Source: an uncultured bacterium (GTDB taxonomy: Bacteria; Auribacterota; JACPWU01). Taken from it: DNA of 32,000 bases. The notes beneath the pieces are model-generated. The model saw only the letters and a list, made by a program, of their open reading frames with translations, was not told the origin of the DNA and searched no databases. The translations under genes were made by a program, and so were the position numbers. The stretch covers positions 1 to 32,000 of the forward strand of contig CAZXEQ010000002.1 of NCBI GenBank assembly GCA_964640155.1. The letters run 5' to 3'. Below are positions 1-7,471 of this stretch, piece by piece; position 1 is the first letter of the stretch, and the number at the start of each line of letters is the position of its first letter.

Positions 1-2
1 AT

Positions 3-1646
3 GTGACCCTCAAAGAGAATGTGATTCTATGGGGAAGTGGATGTGTGAACTATGGGATAGAGAGTGGAATTAGGCCTATTGTAGATGGAAGAAGCAATGG
101 TCCTTCTATCACCATGGCAGATAATACATCTATCTGGGGGATGGAGGTTATTAATACGGATATGGGGACAACACATTCATTGACTGTCCTTCCTAACATT
201 TCATATGACAGCACACGTGTTGGAATTTTTTCTGACAATAAGACCCATTTAGAAATCAGCTGCAACAATTTCATTCATTCAACTTCTGCTGGGATTGTGT
301 TAACAACAGGTTCAGTCGGTGTAGGTACTTTGTCTCCTTTTCCTTCTATGGACTTCTCATCCACTATTCAAGATAACACCATTCAAGGAAACGATTCTGG
401 AGGAATTTTGATTCTTGGAGGCTCCTCGGGGCAGTCTTTCAATACCTCCATCATTAACAATACAATTACAGGAAATTCTTCTGCAGGCATCGATGCGGGT
501 GATGGAATCAGTATTATTACTCTTGGTTATTCTTCTTATTCGGTTTTGATTCAAGGTAACACTATTTCTAATAATGATTTAGGAGGAATTGGGATTTCGT
601 CTTCCGATATCGATAGCGGTTCCGCTGTTATCAATATACTCAACAATACCCTTGATTCCAATTCATCCTACAACATTCAATCGAATATCGATGTAACTGA
701 CAGCGATATTCTTGTAAATCTGGCCAACAATTCTGTGACTAATGCAGGGGCTGATGGAATTCATATAGAAAATAGCGTTAGCTCTGGAACCGGAGGGATT
801 GAGCTAAATGTCACTAATAATAGTGTCCAAAATAGCACCGATGACAATATAGACATCACTTGTGTATCCCTAAACGCTGATCTTAACCTTACGATTACAG
901 GGAATATTGCAGAAGATGGTGGAGACGCAGGAATAAGTCTAAATGGCAGTGTCGACGGTGCAACTTCAGGAGCAATTAATGCCATGATCAATGATAATCA
1001 AATCAATAGAAATTCTAATAACTTATCAGTAACACTCACCTCGTTAAATGCTGATCTCACGATATCTGCTTCTAGAAATCAAACCAATAATGCTGGAACA
1101 GGAATTGGTTTTTATTTAAGTGGAGCGGCTGCAACAAGTGGAAATACTTTTCTTTTTCTTCAAGATAATGTCTCTAACTCAAATGCTAATACGGGAATAT
1201 TCACGCCTCTTACAAGCAGTGATGATATTACTATTACGGCAATTGGTAATGAGGTCATTGGCAATAATGGAGATGGAATGTACTTAGAAGCTCAAGCTGG
1301 AACAGGAATAGGAGATCAGGTCTCGATGTATGGAGAAAATAATGTGGCACGTAATACCCAAGGTCATGGTGTTATCTTATCTGCAAATGCCGGGGTTCCA
1401 ACATATGCTCTAGACTTTGGAGGAGGAACCCTTTCCAGCCCAGGAAATAATTCTATGACAGATAATAGTCAAGGGGGCAGTTTTTATGATCTGGTTGATT
1501 TAAGTTCTTCGGCAGGCGGCTTTACCATCAAAGCAGAAAATAATTATTGGACAGGGGGTGCTAATCCTCCAGGAGGAGCTTTAGTTCGTTCTAATAATAA
1601 TGCCATCGATGCTGATCCAGCTTTATCTTCTGACCCAAATCCATAG
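3..1646 (+). CDS. Right-handed parallel beta-helix repeat protein, 5'-truncated at the window edge (secreted/surface protein candidate)
   Basis: The ORF is open to the window start. It has periodic ~20-25-residue N/G/I/T-rich repeats ('IQGNTISNNDLGGIGIS', 'NNSVTNAGADGIHIEN', 'ITGNIAEDGGDAGISLNG', 'GNEVIGNNGDGMYLEA'). The terminal 'AENNYWTGG' block is typical of PbH1/NosD-like beta-helix proteins. No catalytic motif was recognised. Confidence 0.7.
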   Translation: MTLKENVILWGSGCVNYGIESGIRPIVDGRSNGPSITMADNTSIWGMEVINTDMGTTHSLTVLPNISYDSTRVGIFSDNKTHLEISCNNFIHSTSAGIVLTTGSVGVGTLSPFPSMDFSSTIQDNTIQGNDSGGILILGGSSGQSFNTSIINNTITGNSSAGIDAGDGISIITLGYSSYSVLIQGNTISNNDLGGIGISSSDIDSGSAVINILNNTLDSNSSYNIQSNIDVTDSDILVNLANNSVTNAGADGIHIENSVSSGTGGIELNVTNNSVQNSTDDNIDITCVSLNADLNLTITGNIAEDGGDAGISLNGSVDGATSGAINAMINDNQINRNSNNLSVTLTSLNADLTISASRNQTNNAGTGIGFYLSGAAATSGNTFLFLQDNVSNSNANTGIFTPLTSSDDITITAIGNEVIGNNGDGMYLEAQAGTGIGDQVSMYGENNVARNTQGHGVILSANAGVPTYALDFGGGTLSSPGNNSMTDNSQGGSFYDLVDLSSSAGGFTIKAENNYWTGGANPPGGALVRSNNNAIDADPALSSDPNP

Positions 1647-1714
1647 AAAAACCTTATTTGGTTAAAGCAAAAAATCTTCCATCTCCAAGAGCACAAAATA
1701 CTTCAGCAGATGTT

Positions 1715-1850
1715 GTATATAAAAGTGTGTCCTTTTGTTAAGAAGCGGGGCCTGCCACTCGTCAGCCCCACCGTGCTCATTAAAAATTGCGCGCGGTGGG
1801 GCTCCCCGCCGAGTGTCACCCGAATATATAGAGGACACACTTTTATATAC
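1715..1850. repeat. 136-bp palindromic element: perfect 18-bp inverted repeat flanking a ~69% GC pseudoknot-capable core
   Basis: GTATATAAAAGTGTGTCC (1715-1732) is the exact reverse complement of GGACACACTTTTATATAC (1833-1850). The core 1745-1815 has three perfect helices: GCGGGG 1745-1750/CCCCGC 1804-1809, CACTCG 1756-1761/CGAGTG 1810-1815, and CCCCACCG 1766-1773/CGGTGGGG 1794-1801. The first two cross each other, so they form a pseudoknot or are mutually exclusive. I counted 49 G+C in 71 nt, inside an AT-rich intergenic region. Confidence 0.6.
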
Positions 1851-1884
1851 GCAATCACTCCAGCACAACATCAATAATTTTCTC

Positions 1885-1913
1885 TTGGTTTTAAAAGCAT
1901 ACCTTAGTAGAAT
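1885..1913 (+). promoter_or_regulatory. Candidate sigma70-like promoter for the dcd/nrdD-like pair (TTGGTT-17 nt-TAGAAT)
   Basis: TTGGTT lies at 1885-1890 and TAGAAT at 1908-1913, with a 17-nt spacer. The -10 box ends 9 nt before the ATG at 1923 and no Shine-Dalgarno sequence is visible. That would imply a leaderless or near-leaderless mRNA. This is a motif match only. Confidence 0.25.
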
Positions 1914-1922
1914 ACCCACACT

Positions 1923-2480
1923 ATGCCTATTAAATCTGACCTTTGGATCAAAAAAATGGCTTTGGAACATGAGATGATTGTTCCCTTTGAAGAAAAACAA
2001 GTAAGAGAAAATGTTGTCTCATTTGGTCTTTCTTCTTATGGTTATGATCTTCGGCTTTCTAATCAATTCAAACTTTTTCAACCTTCTCCTGATGTTGTCA
2101 TTGATCCTAAAAAAGTCCCCACAGAATATTTTTCGGATATTGTCAGTGATGTTTGCATCCTTCCACCCAATACACTTGCTTTAGCTAGAACTGTAGAACG
2201 ATTTAAAATTCCTAGAAATATTTTAACTTTATGCGTGGGTAAATCGACTTATGCTCGATGTGGGATTCTGGTCAATGTCACCCCCTTTGAACCTGAATGG
2301 GAAGGTTATCCTACCCTACAGATTACAAATATTTCAGGAGCTCCCGTCAAAATTTATGCAAATGAGGGCATTGGCCAAGTCATTTTTTTTGAAAGCGATG
2401 AAGTATGCTTGACCTCGTATAAAGACAAGTCTGGGAAATATCAAAATCAGAAGCAAGAGATTACGCTCTCAAAAATTTAA
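1923..2480 (+). CDS. dcd: dCTP deaminase family protein (Dcd homologue; catalytic Glu position reads Gln)
   Basis: The 185-aa product shows the short-Dcd blocks '[20 protein letters not shown]', '[13 protein letters not shown]', '[23 protein letters not shown]' and '[14 protein letters not shown]', ending 'GKYQNQ'. The usually invariant '..T[IL]E[IF]sN' block reads 'PTLQITN' (CAG at 2320-2322). Confidence 0.9.
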   Translation: MPIKSDLWIKKMALEHEMIVPFEEKQVRENVVSFGLSSYGYDLRLSNQFKLFQPSPDVVIDPKKVPTEYFSDIVSDVCILPPNTLALARTVERFKIPRNILTLCVGKSTYARCGILVNVTPFEPEWEGYPTLQITNISGAPVKIYANEGIGQVIFFESDEVCLTSYKDKSGKYQNQKQEITLSKI

Positions 2481-2492
2481 AACGGATTATTC

Positions 2493-3944
2493 ATGGAAAT
2501 CATTGAATCCTCTTTTTCCAAAATTATTAAAAGAGATGGCTCCCCTGTCGAATTTAACCTTGACCGTATTGTGGATGCCATTTTCAAGGCAGCTCAAGCC
2601 GTAGGAGGCCAGGATAGAGATTTGGCCACTCAATTGGCGCAACAAGTCATGAATCATCTTAAAGAGAAGATTCATGATAGAGTCCCTTCGGTTGAAGAAA
2701 TACAAGATACCATTGAGAAAATATTGATTGAAACAGGACACGCTCAAACGGTTAAGGCCTTTATTCTCTATCGGGAAAAAAGAAAAGAGTTTAGAGAGAC
2801 CCGCTCTTCTTTTCTGGCTATTGAAAAAACGGTTGAGCAATACTTGCCTGATGTGGCCTCTCTGTCTCGAGGAAATACATTTCAAGGGTTGGTTCAATAT
2901 ACTTCTGAAAGCATGCTTTCCCATTATGCTCTGAATAAAATTTATCCCCCCAGCATCAGTGAAGCCCATCGCGATGGGATGATTCATATTCATCATCTTG
3001 GATCCGCTATTGCTCCGAGTTCTTTAATTTTAAAATCTCCTTTCCCCATTGAAAATTTAAATGATGCACTGATTTATTTAGAAATGATTCAATCCCTCAG
3101 GCGAGAATGGCAAGGATATTTTGTTATTACTGATTTTGAATTGATTTTCGAATTTTTAGAAAATGCACACTTCTTTTTAAGGCATCAAAGTGGACTTGCT
3201 AAAATTTTTATTCATGTTGAAAAAATGCAAACATGGAATAGACTTTGCCAATTAGCTGATCCTTGGAAAATTCCAGGGATTGTTGTCAAATCTAGTCTCA
3301 TTCAAGAAAAAGCACCTGTTTTTCCTGCTTTTTTCCAGGTTGTTAAAATGATTGAAGATTCCCCTTTTTATCCTTCCATTCTAGATTCTTCTGGGTCCCC
3401 TGCATGTTTAGGGATAGTCAGCATCAATTTAAAACGACTGGCCCAAGAAGCATTCTTTAAGAAAGATTTTTTAAGCAATCTTGAAAAATACATTATACTT
3501 GCAACACAAGCACTGCGTATTAAAAAGAAGGTTTTTGAACATCACTTCTCTCAAGGAATGTTTCAAACAACGGGGTCTCTTATCTCTAACCCTCAAGGAT
3601 TCTTAGGGATAGGGCTTTCTGGGATTTTATCTGCAGCTCAAGTGCTTACAGAAGGAGGTTTTGCAAATAGCAACACTTACACCTTGGCCTTAGAAATTTT
3701 AGATTTTTGTTTAGAAAGATTAAAAGCCATTCAAGATGAAACTCCACAATCCTTTGGAGTAGAGTTCGTTATGGATATATTATCTAAATGGCATGAACTT
3801 GAAAATATCCAAAACGATCAAATCCCTTATACTTTTAAAGAGCTTTGGCCGTTCCTTTGCCTCAGACTAGAAAACCTTGAGAAACTGAAAGAACATTCGA
3901 AAGAATACCAAGTCTATATTCATCCCTCTACCTTTCAATTTTAA
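2493..3944 (+). CDS. ATP-cone domain protein with a degenerate class III ribonucleotide reductase (NrdD)-like core, lacking the glycyl-radical/zinc C-terminus
   Basis: An N-terminal ATP-cone is present ('IIKRDGSPVEFNLDRIVDAIFKAA...FILYREKRKEFRE', about nt 2517-2783). 'AHRDGMIHIHHLG' (nt 2966-3003) lines up with the NrdD 'aHeeGdIHiHDLD' block. 'LGIVSINLKRLAQEA' (about nt 3421) lines up with the NrdD 'lGvislNLPRiA' block. The protein stops at 483 aa with no RVCGY-type glycyl-radical motif and no CxxC zinc site. It starts 12 nt after the dcd stop. Confidence 0.6.
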   Translation: MEIIESSFSKIIKRDGSPVEFNLDRIVDAIFKAAQAVGGQDRDLATQLAQQVMNHLKEKIHDRVPSVEEIQDTIEKILIETGHAQTVKAFILYREKRKEFRETRSSFLAIEKTVEQYLPDVASLSRGNTFQGLVQYTSESMLSHYALNKIYPPSISEAHRDGMIHIHHLGSAIAPSSLILKSPFPIENLNDALIYLEMIQSLRREWQGYFVITDFELIFEFLENAHFFLRHQSGLAKIFIHVEKMQTWNRLCQLADPWKIPGIVVKSSLIQEKAPVFPAFFQVVKMIEDSPFYPSILDSSGSPACLGIVSINLKRLAQEAFFKKDFLSNLEKYIILATQALRIKKKVFEHHFSQGMFQTTGSLISNPQGFLGIGLSGILSAAQVLTEGGFANSNTYTLALEILDFCLERLKAIQDETPQSFGVEFVMDILSKWHELENIQNDQIPYTFKELWPFLCLRLENLEKLKEHSKEYQVYIHPSTFQF

Positions 3945-3984
3945 GTTGAAAAAATTGGCTTCTGTGATATCCTAGCTCCTCTCT

Positions 3985-5481
3985 ATGGAACTACTAAAAT
4001 CAGCTTTTCTTGTTATTTATTTTGGCATTCTAACCATTCTTTCTATTTATGGATGCCATCGCTATTATCTTGTTTTTCTGTATTACAGACATAAGAAAAA
4101 TAGACCCAAACCTTCGTTCAAATTTGAGAAACTTCCTGCCGTTTGTATTCAACTTCCTATCTTTAATGAAATGTACGTCATCGAAAGACTTTTGAATGCC
4201 GTTGCAAACTTAAATTATCCAAAACGACTTCTCCATATACAAATTTTAGATGACTCCACAGACGAAACACAAAAAATTGTACCTCCTTTGGTAGAAAGTT
4301 TAAAACAAGATGGATTTTCGATTGATTATATTCATCGCAAGAACCGTCATGGTTATAAAGCAGGAGCCTTGGACATGGGGCTTAAAGCAACCAACAGCGA
4401 ATTTATTTATATTTTTGACGCTGATTTTATACCAGATCCTGAAATTATTAATAAAACCATTCATTTCTTTACAAATCCAAAAATCGGGATGGTTCAAGTA
4501 CGTTGGGAACATATCAATCGGGATTATTCTGTTTTAACACAAGTCCAATCTATTCTTTTGGATGGGCATTTTGTGATTGAACACACCGCTCGTAATCGTT
4601 CCGGAAAGTTTTTTAACTTCAATGGAACTGCAGGTGTATGGAGAAAAGAGGCCATTGCTTCCAGTGGAGGTTGGCATCATGACACCTTAACAGAAGATCT
4701 AGATTTATCTTATCGTGCTCAACTTCAAGGCTGGAAATTCATTTATCTTCCCCATGTTACTTCTCCTGCAGAACTTCCTGTAGAAATGAACTCTTTTAAA
4801 TCTCAACAATACCGTTGGGTCAAAGGATCTGTCGAAACAGGCAAAAAGTTACTTCCAAAGATTTGGAAAAGCTCTATTCCTTTGAGTGTCAAAATTGAAG
4901 CAACCTTTCATCTCACCAATAATATTTCTTATCTTTTAATGATCGCTCTTTTTATTCTTATTTTTCCAGCCATGCTTATTCGATTTGGGGACGCATGGCA
5001 ACATCTTGCAATGATTGATACACCTCTGTTTATTGCTTCTTTTTTCTCAATCAGTGCTTTCTATCTTTGTTCGCAAAAAGAAGTTGATGAAAAAAGCTGG
5101 GTTAAAAAAATTCGCTTTCTTCCTCTCTTAAGCTCGATGGGAATTGGACTTTCTATTAATAATGCAAAAGCTGTTTTTGAAGCTCTTTTAGGCAAAAAAA
5201 GTTCATTCCAAAGAACTCCAAAATACGGTGTTCATTCCTTAAAAGACAATTGGAAAGTTAAAAAATATAGAGGAGAAAAAACAAAACTGGCATGGATAGA
5301 ATTTGCTTTTGGAATTTATTTTGTTTTTCTTTCTTTATTTGCCTTCTTAACACAAAGATTCATCATGGTCCCCTTCTTCGCTCTTTTCTTCATCGGATTT
5401 CTCTACACTTGGTTTTTAAGTCTTTATCAAGACAGTAAAAAATCAGAGTCCGTTCTTCTTTCCCAGCCCGTAGAAGCTTAA
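3985..5481 (+). CDS. Processive family-2 glycosyltransferase (CesA/CslA/NodC-like membrane synthase)
   Basis: There is an N-terminal TM helix, then the GT2 motifs 'ILDDSTDET', 'IFDADFIP', 'TLTEDLDLSYR' and the processive signature 'QQYRWVKGS'. Several C-terminal TM helices follow. Confidence 0.8.
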   Translation: MELLKSAFLVIYFGILTILSIYGCHRYYLVFLYYRHKKNRPKPSFKFEKLPAVCIQLPIFNEMYVIERLLNAVANLNYPKRLLHIQILDDSTDETQKIVPPLVESLKQDGFSIDYIHRKNRHGYKAGALDMGLKATNSEFIYIFDADFIPDPEIINKTIHFFTNPKIGMVQVRWEHINRDYSVLTQVQSILLDGHFVIEHTARNRSGKFFNFNGTAGVWRKEAIASSGGWHHDTLTEDLDLSYRAQLQGWKFIYLPHVTSPAELPVEMNSFKSQQYRWVKGSVETGKKLLPKIWKSSIPLSVKIEATFHLTNNISYLLMIALFILIFPAMLIRFGDAWQHLAMIDTPLFIASFFSISAFYLCSQKEVDEKSWVKKIRFLPLLSSMGIGLSINNAKAVFEALLGKKSSFQRTPKYGVHSLKDNWKVKKYRGEKTKLAWIEFAFGIYFVFLSLFAFLTQRFIMVPFFALFFIGFLYTWFLSLYQDSKKSESVLLSQPVEA

Positions 5482-5483
5482 CC

Positions 5484-5903
5484 TTAAAAAGATGTGATTT
5501 TTGGATTGGGAATACTCGAAATCGGAGGATGATAGAGGATTTGAATCACGTTTCCATCTGGATCTTGGAAATAGAGGGAGCGAGCACCATCCCGATGAGT
5601 TTTAGGCTCTTTTGAAAGAGTAATCCCTTGTTCTTTCAGATATTGAGCCCATTGATCCACATCCTCTGGATTTTTAACCAAAATTCCAAAATGATCTAAA
5701 GGGCTTTCGTCCATTTTCAAAGAAGAAGATACTTGATGAAGAGCCAGATTATCTGAACCTGATGTTAAATAAAGATTATTTACGTCCGGTCGCCATTCAA
5801 TTTTAAAGCCAAGAATGTTCACATAGAAGTCTTCAGCTTTCTGAATATCTTTGACTTTTAAAGCAATATGTCTGATTCCTAAGTTTGGGGGTAAAGTTTT
5901 CAT
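5484..5903 (-). CDS. VOC (glyoxalase/bleomycin-resistance/dioxygenase) family protein
   Basis: 'IRHIALKVKDIQKAEDFYVNILGF', 'DHFGILV' and 'LYFQDPDGNVIQI' form the paired beta-alpha-beta-beta-beta metal-binding pattern. I prefer the ATG at 5903, which overlaps the upstream stop as ATGA, over the track start at 5930. Confidence 0.8.
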   Translation of the reverse strand: MKTLPPNLGIRHIALKVKDIQKAEDFYVNILGFKIEWRPDVNNLYLTSGSDNLALHQVSSSLKMDESPLDHFGILVKNPEDVDQWAQYLKEQGITLSKEPKTHRDGARSLYFQDPDGNVIQILYHPPISSIPNPKITSF

Positions 5904-7393
5904 TTTGTGTTGTCTTCCTGATGCACCCACTCAATCCCCATTTCAGGGAAAATTTCCTTAAAAGCCTCTTTGTTTTGAGACGTTGAATATCCCTTTTCTA
6001 AAATTAAATAACCATTTTGATTATAGCTCACACCCCATTTCCTACTTTTTAAAAAACAGCGATATTCATCTAAGTGATCCTTAACATATTTCAATCGAGT
6101 AAAAATAATATCTGGCTCATATTTTTTTTTAGACATCAAATCCCAGGTCATCAAATCTGCACGATTTGCACAAAAACCTGCTAAAGTATCCTCTGTTAAA
6201 AGAATTCCTTTTTTAGGCAAATAAGAAGCCGCTTGAAAGGCATCTCTCCCATTCGGATAGATAAAGCGATAAATACGATTATGATTGGCACCCAAAGGCA
6301 AAAACCCTGTTAAAACATGCCAAATAAGAACAACCATAACAATTATGTAAGCATGATAAGCATTGTTCCAAAAAGATTTTCCTTTTAGGGGTTTTGAAGA
6401 TGAATCCATTCTAAGGCTCATTGCTTCTATCAATGCTAAAGTAAAAAGCACAATATGATTTGCCGGATAATGGCTCTCCTGTCTAGAAATCCAAGAATAT
6501 CCAGAAGTAAAAGTACAAAAAATAGATATTCCCGGGAAAAGAATAAGAGGAAGCCACCCCTTTCTTCTAAAGAAAAAAATCCCCAGCATCAAATATCCTA
6601 ATAAAGGTTTAACTCTTCCCCATATTTCTGATCCTGAAAAAGCCCTTAGAATTTCAGAAAGAGACAAGACTTGTCCCCTTCTTTGCACATAGGATATTTC
6701 TCCTAACAGAGGAAATAAAATCTTAATAGCAATCACACTGTAAATAAATGAAAAAACTGCTAGAAAGAAAGCTCCCTTCCATCGGAAACGAAAAGCAAAG
6801 TAAAGAATGAAAGGGGTAATAATAATCCCTGTTTCTTCTCGCACCCCTAGCAAAAGAAGAGCAGGAGCCCAAGCAAAAATATTTTTACGAGATAAACAAT
6901 CATAAAGCCATGGCATTAACAAAAAATAAAGACTTACCCCGTGATACTCAGACAACATCACTGACTGCGTAAAGGGATTAGCAATATAAAACAAAAGGAG
7001 TGCTGCACTGATTTCAGAAGAAAAACCTTTCGTCCGAGCTATTTTCCAAATAAAACCTGCTCCAATGACAAGTTGCATCCATTGAATGACCACCAACAAA
7101 AAAGGATGATCCCATAACCCAAAAAAGGGCCCTATCAGAAATAAAGTAAATGAAAGATGTGTTCCAAGATAAGTTTCATTTATTAAATATCTAAAAGGCT
7201 GTCCATGTCCACAATTCCATATTGTATTGGTATATTCTCCATAGTCGGAAAGCGTGAACTTGCCCCATGTAAAAGCACAATAGCTTGCGTAAGGAAAATA
7301 AATGATAAAAAGAAAAGCTAAGAGGAAAAGTCCTGAAACTAAAAGGGTTTTGGATTTAAAATTTTTTTTGAAAGAAAAAAAGGCGTAAGTCAT
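5900..7393 (-). CDS. DUF2079-like polytopic membrane protein (possible GT-C-like glycosyltransferase)
   Basis: The 497-aa protein has about 10 predicted TM helices. 'SDYGEYTNTIWNCGHGQPF', 'LGTHLSFTLFLIGP', 'SEYHGVSLYFLLMP' and 'LGVREETG' match my recollection of DUF2079 blocks (DxG.f.q..wn..hG, HfSp, dFH, vKEd). The C-terminal ~130 aa are soluble. Confidence 0.55.
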   Translation of the reverse strand: MTYAFFSFKKNFKSKTLLVSGLFLLAFLFIIYFPYASYCAFTWGKFTLSDYGEYTNTIWNCGHGQPFRYLINETYLGTHLSFTLFLIGPFFGLWDHPFLLVVIQWMQLVIGAGFIWKIARTKGFSSEISAALLLFYIANPFTQSVMLSEYHGVSLYFLLMPWLYDCLSRKNIFAWAPALLLLGVREETGIIITPFILYFAFRFRWKGAFFLAVFSFIYSVIAIKILFPLLGEISYVQRRGQVLSLSEILRAFSGSEIWGRVKPLLGYLMLGIFFFRRKGWLPLILFPGISIFCTFTSGYSWISRQESHYPANHIVLFTLALIEAMSLRMDSSSKPLKGKSFWNNAYHAYIIVMVVLIWHVLTGFLPLGANHNRIYRFIYPNGRDAFQAASYLPKKGILLTEDTLAGFCANRADLMTWDLMSKKKYEPDIIFTRLKYVKDHLDEYRCFLKSRKWGVSYNQNGYLILEKGYSTSQNKEAFKEIFPEMGIEWVHQEDNTK

Positions 7394-7421
7394 GAGTTCT
7401 ATCGATTTATTTTCGGAATAT

Positions 7422-7458
7422 GCAGGGGGACATCTTATAAGGATAAGAATCCCCCTGC
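7422..7458 (-). terminator. Strong hairpin downstream of the SGNH gene (terminator-like or RNA-stabilising; no clear U-tract)
   Basis: GCAGGGGGA (7422-7430) pairs with TCCCCCTGC (7450-7458). The inner stem TCTTAT (7433-7438) pairs with ATAAGA (7443-7448) around an AAGG loop. This gives about 15 bp in a 78-nt intergenic gap. The 3' flank on the minus strand is not U-rich. Confidence 0.3.
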
Positions 7459-7471
7459 TCTATACATCTAT

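Noticed and set aside
1759-1765. CUGACGA (hammerhead CUGANGA) occurs on the minus strand of the first GC-rich element. An HDV-like nested pseudoknot topology was also considered.
   Set aside because: No following stem II/GAAA arrangement exists and there is no U at the position preceding the candidate cleavage site. The long 8-bp hairpin with a 20-nt loop does not fit HDV-like P3/L3 dimensions. The topological resemblance alone is not evidence.
1813-1850. A possible NrdR box (ACAC-ATATAT-GTGT-like palindrome) lies upstream of the dcd/nrdD-like pair: GTGTCACCCGAATATATAGAGGACAC.
   Set aside because: The GTGTC/GACAC arms are spaced much further from the ATATAT centre than in the 16-bp NrdR-box consensus, and there is no second box at the usual helical spacing. 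No nrdR gene is in view. The similarity is probably superficial.
1662-2000. The ORFs 1662..2000 (-) of 112 aa and 1735..1977 (+) of 80 aa span the intergenic region upstream of dcd.
   Set aside because: Both run straight through the palindromic GC-rich element and overlap the dcd start. Their sequences are low-complexity and Arg/Pro-rich only where the GC island lies, with no recognisable motif or ribosome-binding site. They are better explained as chance ORFs over a structured non-coding element.
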